A stretch of DNA of 25,969 nucleotides, taken from positions 1 to 25,969 of the IMG/VR virus record IMGVR_UViG_3300020042_001009; one strand, 5' to 3'. The DNA comes from a virus (lineage: Duplodnaviria > Caudoviricetes). The stretch's first letter is position 1, and every line of letters begins with the position of its first letter. The position numbers and the translations under genes were made by a program. Below, piece by piece: positions 1 to 7,505 of the stretch. The notes beneath the pieces were generated by a model. It made no database searches and had not been told where the DNA came from. It saw only the letters and a program-made list of their open reading frames with translations.

Positions 1-1167
1 ATATGGGGTGAGCGTTTGCAGATCCATACCGCTCACAAACTGACAACCTCATCTGAAATCTTTTGGAAAATCGATGAGATCATCCAAGCCAATGAACAAC
101 TTCTGACTCGGTTTGTTAAAAAGTACGAAACCAAGGGAAGCCAAGAGATCCGACTCAATGACGGCACCCGTTACCTGGTAAGAGCCAATAACTCAGCTGC
201 TCGCGGTATCGCAGCGCCTGACACAATCCACCTGGACGAAGTTCGTGAGTACAAGGACGATGAAGTTTGGGCATCTTTGCGTTTTACGCAGATGGCTTCA
301 AAGAATCCCATGGCGATTATGTATTCCAATGCTGGAGACCAGCACTCAGTAATTTTGTTACGCATGAGAGAGCGAGGACTGGCAGCAGCTGCTGGATCTA
401 ATGATCCGATTGGTTGGTTTGAATGGTCAGCAGAGCCAGGATGTCCAATCGATGACATGAACGGATGGCAACAAGCCAACCCGAGCCTTGGACATACAAT
501 CCATATCGATAATCTTAAATCTGCAATGTCAGATGATGAGTCTATTATTCGCACAGAACTTTTGTGCCAATGGGTGAGCCAGATCAACCCTGCCATCAAT
601 CCGTCAAGTTGGACAGAGTGCGCGTCTGAGGGTACGCTCGCTTTGGATCGGGAGCAACCAACTTGGATGGCGATTGATCTATCACCAGATCGAAAAGCAG
701 CTGCGTTAGTTGCAGCGCAACGACTTGTTGGGGACAAGTTCTGCGTTGTATTACTGGAGACATATTCGAATCCAGTTTCGATTGACGATAAAGACCTTGC
801 AAACAGTATCGCTGTCTGGACGAAGCGTTACAGCGTGGAGACGGTCGCTTATAGTCGTCAAACGGCTGGCGCAGTTGCTTCTCGATTGATCCCAGCAGGA
901 ATTCCGACGACTGCCATCGATGGAGCAGTTTATGGACAAGCTTGTGATGAAATGTTGTCGGCTATTACCTCCCAGCGATTGGTCCACACAAATCAAGCCG
1001 AATTAAACAAGCAAGTTTTATCAGCTGTTAAATTGCCATTTAAAGATGGGGGCTGGTACCTTGGACGGAAAGCGTCAGGTGCCACAATATGCGCGACGGT
1101 TGGAATGGCGATGGTGTCTCACTTTGCGACACGACCTGATTCAGAAGTTGATATCGTGTTGGGTTGA
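1..1167 (+). CDS. terL: Terminase large subunit (5'-truncated by the window edge)
   Basis: Frame open from position 1; Walker B TIHLDEVRE, SNAG coupling motif, ANPSLG, nuclease-domain AIDLS; directly precedes portal. Confidence 0.92.
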   Translation: MWGERLQIHTAHKLTTSSEIFWKIDEIIQANEQLLTRFVKKYETKGSQEIRLNDGTRYLVRANNSAARGIAAPDTIHLDEVREYKDDEVWASLRFTQMASKNPMAIMYSNAGDQHSVILLRMRERGLAAAAGSNDPIGWFEWSAEPGCPIDDMNGWQQANPSLGHTIHIDNLKSAMSDDESIIRTELLCQWVSQINPAINPSSWTECASEGTLALDREQPTWMAIDLSPDRKAAALVAAQRLVGDKFCVVLLETYSNPVSIDDKDLANSIAVWTKRYSVETVAYSRQTAGAVASRLIPAGIPTTAIDGAVYGQACDEMLSAITSQRLVHTNQAELNKQVLSAVKLPFKDGGWYLGRKASGATICATVGMAMVSHFATRPDSEVDIVLG

Positions 1168-1170
1168 TTA

Positions 1171-1179
1171 TGGTATAAT
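1171..1179 (+). promoter_or_regulatory. Extended -10 promoter (TGgTATAAT) for the portal/structural operon, probably near-leaderless
   Basis: Perfect TGn-TATAAT in the terL-portal gap; copy B has TGcTATAAT (only the n position differs within the element); no SD before ATG 1189. Confidence 0.7.
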
Positions 1180-1188
1180 TTTGTGCTA

Positions 1189-2283
1189 ATGGCACTTAGA
1201 GATTTATTCGCAAAAGCTCCTCAATCTGCTGGACTAACGGTTGATGCAGCTGCGACTCCGGCACCTTTTAACATCAGCCAAAACAGTTACTTTTATCCGT
1301 TGTCAAGTGCTACACGCGCACAAGCGATGGCAATTCCAACGATCGCGAGAGCTCGTAACATTTTATGCAGCCTTGCCACTTTGCCATTAGAGCAATACAT
1401 CAAGAGTACCGGCGCACATGTCGAACCCAATCGAGTAATAAACCAACCTGATTCGCGCGTTCCCGGTTCTTCTATTTACGCATTTATCGCTGAGGATTTA
1501 CTATTCCACGGCGTGGCTTATGGACAAGTTATGTCCATGTATGCAGATGGTCGAATCCAGGAATGGACACGCGTTGCAGTTGATCGCGTTACTTATCAAA
1601 CAAACGACACGCAAACAGAAATCATTGCTTACCGAGTAGATGGATCTGCCGTACCTTCAATGGGAGTTGGATCTCTTGTTGTGTTTAATGGTTTGGATGA
1701 AGGATTCTTATCTCGCGCTGGTCGCACAATTCGCGCAGCTATTGCATTAGAAAATGCGTCAGAAGCTTTTGCTAAAGAGCCAGTACCAATGATGGTACTA
1801 AAGTCAAATGGCACAAATCTTACTAGCGAGCGTATTGGCAAATTGCTTGAAGCCTGGCGCGTAGCCCGCAGCACTCGGAGCACAGCATTTCTGAATGCCG
1901 ATGTCGAATTGCAGGCTATGGGAATTGATCCAAACAAACTGCAACTAAATGAAGCTCGTCAATATGTGGCGCTTGAATTATGCCGCGCTATTGGCTTACC
2001 TGCTTACTTTGCAAGCGCTGAAACGACTTCAATGACTTATTCAAACGCTACTGCTGAGCGTCGTTCACTTATCGACTTTGGTGGTCGTAATTTACTTTTG
2101 GCAATCGAACAAAGGTTGTCAATGCCGGATTTTGTCGGTCAAGGCAATGAAATCCGTTACTCGCTAGACGAATACCTACGCGGTAATCCTTTGGAGCGCG
2201 CTCAGGTATATGAAATCCTGAATCGTATTGGCGCAATGAGCGTTCAAGAGATTCGCGAAGAAGAGGATCTAATCGACACATGA
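1189..2283 (+). CDS. Portal protein (HK97-like)
   Basis: ~365 aa between TerL and protease; DLLFHGVAYG, TYSN, MSVQEIREEEDL C-terminus. ATG 1189 preferred over GTG 1183. Confidence 0.9.
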   Translation: MALRDLFAKAPQSAGLTVDAAATPAPFNISQNSYFYPLSSATRAQAMAIPTIARARNILCSLATLPLEQYIKSTGAHVEPNRVINQPDSRVPGSSIYAFIAEDLLFHGVAYGQVMSMYADGRIQEWTRVAVDRVTYQTNDTQTEIIAYRVDGSAVPSMGVGSLVVFNGLDEGFLSRAGRTIRAAIALENASEAFAKEPVPMMVLKSNGTNLTSERIGKLLEAWRVARSTRSTAFLNADVELQAMGIDPNKLQLNEARQYVALELCRAIGLPAYFASAETTSMTYSNATAERRSLIDFGGRNLLLAIEQRLSMPDFVGQGNEIRYSLDEYLRGNPLERAQVYEILNRIGAMSVQEIREEEDLIDT

Positions 2284-3824
2284 AAATAACAATGCCAGTA
2301 ACAATTACTGCGTCAGATGCTGAATCACGCATCATCGCAGGTCGAATTGTGCAATGGGACGCAGAAGGTAATACATCTGCTGGTCGCACAAAGTTCCTTC
2401 CTAACTCAATCGAGTTTGGTAAGAACACAAAACTAGTTTTAGAACATAACCGCACAAAGCCTCTTGGCAAGTTGGTCGAATGGTCTCAAGATGATTCAGG
2501 TATTACTGCATCTTTTAAGATTGCAAAGACAACTGCCGGTAATGATGCTTTGGAAGAAGCTGCAACTGGACTTCGTTCAGATTTCAGCGTCGGCGTGGAA
2601 GTAGATGCGTGGGATAACAAAGATGGCGTTATGGCTATCAGCGCATCGAAATTAATTGAAGTTTCACTTGTAACCGATGGAGCAATCCCAGGTGCTGAAG
2701 TGGAAAAGGTCGCAGCGACCGAAGCACAAGGACAAGCTGCGAGCGAATCAACCCCGGAACCTCAGATCGAGGAACCTAAGACAGAAGGAGATGACCTAGT
2801 GTCAGAAACCGTTTCAGAAGCAGTATCAACCGAAGCGGTTGAAGCTGCTAAGGCAGAAGTCAAGGCGACTTCATATCCACTAAATTCACAAAAGGTTCGT
2901 AACCCAATCGTAGACAAAGCTTCATACTTGGAGCACTCAGTCCGCGCAGCACTTGGTGACGAAACATCAAAGTTGTATGTTGCAGCAGCTGCTGACACAA
3001 CAGACAACGCTGGACTAATCCCAACACGCCAACTAACAGAGATTGTTAATGGCGTATCAAACGGAGATCGCGGAGCAATCGATGCGATTTCACGCGGTAC
3101 ACTTCCGGACGCTGGAATGAGTTTCGAAATCCCTAAAATTACTCAGCCAGCCCTTGAGGGAGAAACTGCAGAAGGCGGAACACCTTTTGAGCAAGATGTA
3201 AACACATCTTTTATCTCAGTACCAGTTAAGAAGTTTGCTGGACAGCAGACGTTCTCAGTTGAATTACTAGATCGCTCAAACCCAGCATTCTTTACAGAGC
3301 TTGTACGCCAGATGGAGTTTGCTTACGCAAAGACAACTGACGCATTTGTTGCAACAGGAATGATCAACAATGGCGCTCTTAACGCAACTGCAAACGCTAA
3401 CTCAGCAACAGGCATCCTTGCTTACACATCATCAGCAGCAGCTGCTGTTTACGGTGCATCACTTGGCTTTGCTCGTTCATTGATCGTTTCACCTGATCAA
3501 TGGGGCAACATCATGGGATACAACGACTCAGGTCGTCCAATCTACAACGCAGCACAGCCACAAAACGCAGCTGGTGTAGCAACACCAACTTCACTTCGTG
3601 GAAATGTTGCAGGACTAGATCTTTATGTATCACGCAGCCTCTCAGGTACAGGCGATTCATCAATGATCGTTGTGAACCCAGAGTCTTACACATGGTATGA
3701 GTCACCACGCCTACAGCTGTCATCAAACCTAATCTCAACAGGTCAGGTTCAGGTTATGTACTACGGTTATGGAGCACTTGCAACAAAGATTGCAAACGGC
3801 GCTAACCGTTTTAACTTCACCTAA
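2280..3824 (+). CDS. Fused prohead protease / acidic linker / HK97-fold major capsid protein
   Basis: N-terminal protease motifs (LVLEHN..PLG, FSVG, LIEVSLV), low-complexity linker, then capsid motifs (FEIPKIT, VKKFAGQQTFSVELLDRS, GRPIY). Confidence 0.9.
   Translation: MKITMPVTITASDAESRIIAGRIVQWDAEGNTSAGRTKFLPNSIEFGKNTKLVLEHNRTKPLGKLVEWSQDDSGITASFKIAKTTAGNDALEEAATGLRSDFSVGVEVDAWDNKDGVMAISASKLIEVSLVTDGAIPGAEVEKVAATEAQGQAASESTPEPQIEEPKTEGDDLVSETVSEAVSTEAVEAAKAEVKATSYPLNSQKVRNPIVDKASYLEHSVRAALGDETSKLYVAAAADTTDNAGLIPTRQLTEIVNGVSNGDRGAIDAISRGTLPDAGMSFEIPKITQPALEGETAEGGTPFEQDVNTSFISVPVKKFAGQQTFSVELLDRSNPAFFTELVRQMEFAYAKTTDAFVATGMINNGALNATANANSATGILAYTSSAAAAVYGASLGFARSLIVSPDQWGNIMGYNDSGRPIYNAAQPQNAAGVATPTSLRGNVAGLDLYVSRSLSGTGDSSMIVVNPESYTWYESPRLQLSSNLISTGQVQVMYYGYGALATKIANGANRFNFT
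2783..2801 (+). promoter_or_regulatory. Internal in-frame RBS (AGAAGGAG) + GTG start for the capsid portion
   Basis: SD at 2783-2790, 8 nt before in-frame GTG 2799; GAAGGAGATGACCTAGTG identical in copy B. Confidence 0.6.
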
Positions 3825-3840
3825 GATAAACAACTAATCA

Positions 3841-3872
3841 TGGGGGGGCGGTTGCTCCCGATCGCTCCCCCA
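3841..3872 (+). promoter_or_regulatory. Conserved 12-bp RNA hairpin with anti-SD-like loop TGCTCCCG after the capsid gene
   Basis: TGGGGGGGCGGT / ATCGCTCCCCCA stem with two G.U pairs (favours the + strand RNA); no U-tract; identical in copy B while the flanking capsid end differs. Confidence 0.75.
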
Positions 3873-3891
3873 GCAGTCTAGAGAGGATGAA

Positions 3892-4461
3892 ATGCCAACA
3901 ATTATTACAGCGTCAGAGTTGCGATCAGTGCTTGGCGTTTCATCCGCTTTATACAGCGACGCATATTTAAATGAAATTATTGACACTAGCGAGGCTGTTA
4001 TCTTGCCTTTGCTTGTTACATATGCTTCACCAATAGCCAAGGTTTCGCTGACTGATAATGTCGCAACCTTTGAGACAGTAGGGATTCATGAGTTCACCGA
4101 AGGACAATCAGTTGTCATCGCTGGATGCGGATCTCCATTTAACGGCACTCGAACAGTCAATGCTGATCCAGATGCATACACATTTACAGCAAACATCACT
4201 AATGCCGATATCACCGAACGAAATGTCATCCCTAGCGGATCCGCAACACTTACAGGCGCTTCAACTTATGTTGGGGTCGCAGCTGTTGAATCGGCGATCA
4301 TGGTAGTTTCAGTTGAAGTATTCCAATCTCGTACTGCTCCTGGCGGTCAGATCGAAGGAGTAGATTTTGCGCCGTCGCCATATCGGATGGGGCGCAGCTT
4401 GTTTAATCGTTGCGTTGGTCTCTTGGGACCTTACATCGATGTTGAAACGATGGCTCAGTAA
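3892..4461 (+). CDS. Head-to-tail adaptor with inserted beta-rich domain
   Basis: Position after MCP; helical N-terminus (ITASELRSVLGV..D..L..II..SEAVI) and C-terminus (GLLGPY) flanking a beta-rich insert. Confidence 0.7.
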   Translation: MPTIITASELRSVLGVSSALYSDAYLNEIIDTSEAVILPLLVTYASPIAKVSLTDNVATFETVGIHEFTEGQSVVIAGCGSPFNGTRTVNADPDAYTFTANITNADITERNVIPSGSATLTGASTYVGVAAVESAIMVVSVEVFQSRTAPGGQIEGVDFAPSPYRMGRSLFNRCVGLLGPYIDVETMAQ

Positions 4462-4847
4462 TGCCGAGCACTATTCTTTCAGCAGTTCGTACTCCTCTTG
4501 CTACAGCTCTTGCTGGAGTCTCTGCAAACATATTTAGTTATGTTCCAGAGCAAGTTCCTGCACCTGCTGTTGTAGTCGTCCCGGATTCTCCTTACATGGA
4601 GTTTGACACAATCGGCAAGAGCACCTTTCGATGCAAACTAAATTACACAATAACCTGCTGCGTTGCGTACAACAGTAACCCAGCATCGCTTGATAACATC
4701 GAGCAACTCATAACGAGCGTTGTGGCGGTTATACCAGCTGGATACGAACTCCAGGTAGTTGATCGACCAACAGTTACAACAGTAGGCGCTAGCACCTTGC
4801 TGGTCGCAGATATACGGGTGTCCACTTGGTACACCCAAACAGCATAA
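4461..4847 (+). CDS. Tail terminator-like / neck protein
   Basis: 128 aa between adaptor and tail tube; PAVVVVP motif; synteny with small actinophages. Confidence 0.6.
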   Translation: MPSTILSAVRTPLATALAGVSANIFSYVPEQVPAPAVVVVPDSPYMEFDTIGKSTFRCKLNYTITCCVAYNSNPASLDNIEQLITSVVAVIPAGYELQVVDRPTVTTVGASTLLVADIRVSTWYTQTA

Positions 4848-4859
4848 GGAGAACCAATA

Positions 4860-5261
4860 ATGCCAACAACAGTCATTACGGGTCGCGACCTAGTCCTCAG
4901 CATCGCAACAGTAAATTACGATGCGCAGACAACTAGCGTCACACTCGTGAATTCACCAACCATCGATATTTACCAGACCCTCGATGGAAAAGCTTTTAAA
5001 CATACAGACGACAACTGGACTCTTAATGTAGAGCTACTTGCCGACTGGGGTGTTGCTTCATCACTATTCGAAGCAATGTGGACAGCAGCTGATACAGCAC
5101 CAAACACAACTCTTGCAGTATCTCTTACAGCTGCAACTGGCGCAGTATTTACTTGCAATGTTTTGCCTGTTTATCCAACAGTCGGTGGAACTGCTCCAGG
5201 AGCACAGACCGATACTTGGGCACTACAGGTAGTCGGAACACCAGCAGACACATTCAGCTAA
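4860..5261 (+). CDS. Major tail (tube) protein
   Basis: Strong SD TAAGGAG, Thr-rich beta protein immediately before the tail chaperone. Confidence 0.75.
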   Translation: MPTTVITGRDLVLSIATVNYDAQTTSVTLVNSPTIDIYQTLDGKAFKHTDDNWTLNVELLADWGVASSLFEAMWTAADTAPNTTLAVSLTAATGAVFTCNVLPVYPTVGGTAPGAQTDTWALQVVGTPADTFS

Positions 5262-5283
5262 AATCTAACAAACGGGAGCAAAG

Positions 5284-5559
5284 ATGAAACTACCAATCAC
5301 AATTACATATAACTCAGGCGACGAAGCAACTTACACGGCTCAACCTCCTGAGTGGGCAAAGTGGGAGAAGGCAACTGGCAACACGATTTCTCAAGCTAAT
5401 GACAAGATTGGCATTTGGGATCTTATGTTTCTGGCTTATAACGCTTACAAGCGAGAGAATGCTGGAAAGCCTGTTAAGTCTTACGAAATATGGTCTGACA
5501 CCGTTGCTAATGTAACGGTAGGAGACGATAGCCCAAAAGCCACCAGCCAGGAAGCATAA
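5284..5559 (+). CDS. Tail assembly chaperone (gpG-like)
   Basis: Follows tail tube; ends just after slippery CCCAAAA (5532-5538). Confidence 0.8.
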   Translation: MKLPITITYNSGDEATYTAQPPEWAKWEKATGNTISQANDKIGIWDLMFLAYNAYKRENAGKPVKSYEIWSDTVANVTVGDDSPKATSQEA

Positions 5560-5675
5560 GGCGGATCCTCGTATCTCTAGCAATAGAGACGGGGATACCG
5601 ATGCAATACTGGGATGATGCAGATGACATATTAACGGCGATAGATATATTGAAGGAGCGATCGGATGGCAGATGA
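5284..5675 (+). CDS. Tail assembly chaperone gpGT-like, -1 frameshift product
   Basis: C CCA AAA heptamer; -1 frame reads PKSHQPGSIRRILVSLAIETGIPMQYWDDADDILTAIDILKERSDGR*; changes vs copy B are mostly synonymous in this frame. Confidence 0.85.
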
Positions 5676-6129
5676 AGTCAAGATCGCTTATGATAAATCA
5701 GATCTACGCGGTATTACCAGGGCTTTTAAAGCGATGGACGATCAAGCCATCGAAGCTGCTAAAAAGGAAAGTTCTAATCTTGCTGAGTATGCTGCTGGAC
5801 AAATTAAGATTGCAGCAGCGACTCGCACGGTTTCAGGTATTGCTGCTCGCCGTATTGCTGATGGAGTTAAAGTAAGTAAGACATCTAAGATCGGTGAGTT
5901 TAGTTATGGATTTGCCCGTCAGAAGTTCAGCGGTGGCGGTTCAACTTTAGATTTACTTTACGGTATGGAGTTTGGTTCTAATCGCTTTAAGCAGTTCCCA
6001 AAGCGTACGCCAAATAAAGGCAGAGGTAACTCAGGTTACTTTATCTACCCAACCCTGCGACAGATCCAACCGGATCTAGTTCGTAAGTGGGAAGAAGCAT
6101 TTAGCAACATTTTGAAGGAGTGGGATTAA
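5665..6129 (+). CDS. HK97 gp10-like tail completion protein
   Basis: Basic 154 aa with YGMEFGS and GYFIYPTL motifs typical of the gp10 family. Confidence 0.65.
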   Translation: MADEVKIAYDKSDLRGITRAFKAMDDQAIEAAKKESSNLAEYAAGQIKIAAATRTVSGIAARRIADGVKVSKTSKIGEFSYGFARQKFSGGGSTLDLLYGMEFGSNRFKQFPKRTPNKGRGNSGYFIYPTLRQIQPDLVRKWEEAFSNILKEWD

Positions 6130-7505
6130 TGGCAGGAAATAGAACCCTTAAACTCTCGATCCTTGCTGATGTTGATGATCTCAATAAGAAGTTAAAGGCG
6201 GCTAATGGTGACGTTGAAAACAGCGCTACCCAATTAGAGAAGTTTGGCAAAGTAGCCGGGGCTGCGTTTCTTGCAGCTGCAGCCGCTGCCGGTGCCTATG
6301 CAGTAAAGATTGGCGTTGATGGCGTTAAAGCTGCACTAGCCGATGAGCAAAGCCAGGTTAAATTAGCCTCAGCGTTAGAAAACGCAACTGGCGCAACTAA
6401 GGCGCAGATTGCTGCTACTGAGGACTCGATCGACAAGATGGCTCGCGCGACTGGTGTAGCAGACGACCAACTACGTCCTGCCCTTTCACGTCTTGCAATT
6501 TCAACAGGTAATGTCTCAAAGGCTCAAGAATTACTCAGCCTGGCACTTGATATCTCAACACAAACAGGCAAGCCACTTGAAGGCGTTGCTAATGCTTTAG
6601 GTAAGGCTTATGACGGTAATACCGCAGCTCTTGGCAAGTTAGGTGTTGGCTTATCGTCTGCCGAATTAAAAGCGATGTCATTTACTGATGTTCAGCAAAA
6701 GCTAAGTGATCTCTTTGGTGGCGCAGCTGCTAAGAATGCTGAAACTTTCCAAGGTCGCATGGATCGTCTCAAAGTGGCATTTGATGAATCAGTTGAAGCA
6801 ATCGGTTACAAATTGCTTCCGATCATCCAATCATTAATCGATATCATTCTTACAAAGGTAGTTCCAGGCTTTGAGAAGTTTGCAAAACTCTTTGATCCAA
6901 TCAAGGATGCAATCGACCGTAACAAGGAGTCTTTTCAAGCTCTGGGCAATTTCATCGTGGATTACATCGTGCCAGTATTTACGGTTGCATTAGGTGGAGC
7001 AATCTCATTTGTTGCCAAGATTGCTGCTGGCGTTGTAGATATTGTGGGCGGTGTAATTAACGTTATCCGCACTTTGGTATCTGGCGCCATTGATGGAATC
7101 AATGCCTTAATCAAGGCTTACAACGCTATCCCAATCTTGCCTAACATCCCAACAATTTCTAAGCCATCATTTACAACTCCAACCGTTTCAGCGCCAAAGG
7201 TAAGCACTCCGACCTACACGGCGCCAACTATTTCTAGCACGGGTGGCGGTGGATCAACCGGTACAACAACTAGTACGAGTTCAGTATCCTCAGCTGCATC
7301 AAGCGCTGCGATAGCCTCAACTGCTATTGGTTCATTTAACGCTGGATCTTTCAGAGCTACTGAATCTGCCTCAATGGCACCCGTTTACAATATCAATGTA
7401 ACCGGAGCCTTAGACAAGGAAGGCGTTGCCCGTCAGATTGTTGAGATTATTAACGAATCGGCAGCGCGAGGCACAGGCGGATCTAGTGCCTTTCAGGTGG
7501 CTTAA
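6129..7505 (+). CDS. Tape measure protein (short, ~458 aa)
   Basis: Ala-rich helical protein, N-terminal RTLKLSILAD, hydrophobic helices, Ser/Thr/Pro-rich C-terminus; ATG overlaps the upstream TAA. Confidence 0.88.
   Translation: MAGNRTLKLSILADVDDLNKKLKAANGDVENSATQLEKFGKVAGAAFLAAAAAAGAYAVKIGVDGVKAALADEQSQVKLASALENATGATKAQIAATEDSIDKMARATGVADDQLRPALSRLAISTGNVSKAQELLSLALDISTQTGKPLEGVANALGKAYDGNTAALGKLGVGLSSAELKAMSFTDVQQKLSDLFGGAAAKNAETFQGRMDRLKVAFDESVEAIGYKLLPIIQSLIDIILTKVVPGFEKFAKLFDPIKDAIDRNKESFQALGNFIVDYIVPVFTVALGGAISFVAKIAAGVVDIVGGVINVIRTLVSGAIDGINALIKAYNAIPILPNIPTISKPSFTTPTVSAPKVSTPTYTAPTISSTGGGGSTGTTTSTSSVSSAASSAAIASTAIGSFNAGSFRATESASMAPVYNINVTGALDKEGVARQIVEIINESAARGTGGSSAFQVA

Noticed and set aside
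3841-3872. Simple intrinsic terminator call for the post-capsid hairpin
   Set aside because: No U-tract on either strand. U-less terminators exist in Actinobacteria so termination is not excluded, but it would not explain the invariant complementary loop
171-5583. Antisense ORFs, several mirrored in copy B (e.g. 1629-1937, 2069-2470, 2762-3007, 4643-4903)
   Set aside because: Shadow frames of conserved structural genes; no RBS or motifs, and lengths often differ between copies
5672-5875. 67-aa Leu-rich +1-frame ORF present in both copies (20679-20882), with ATG overlapping the gpGT stop
   Set aside because: Substitutions are silent in the gp10-like frame and amino-acid-changing here; Leu richness follows from GCT/ATT codons of the main gene
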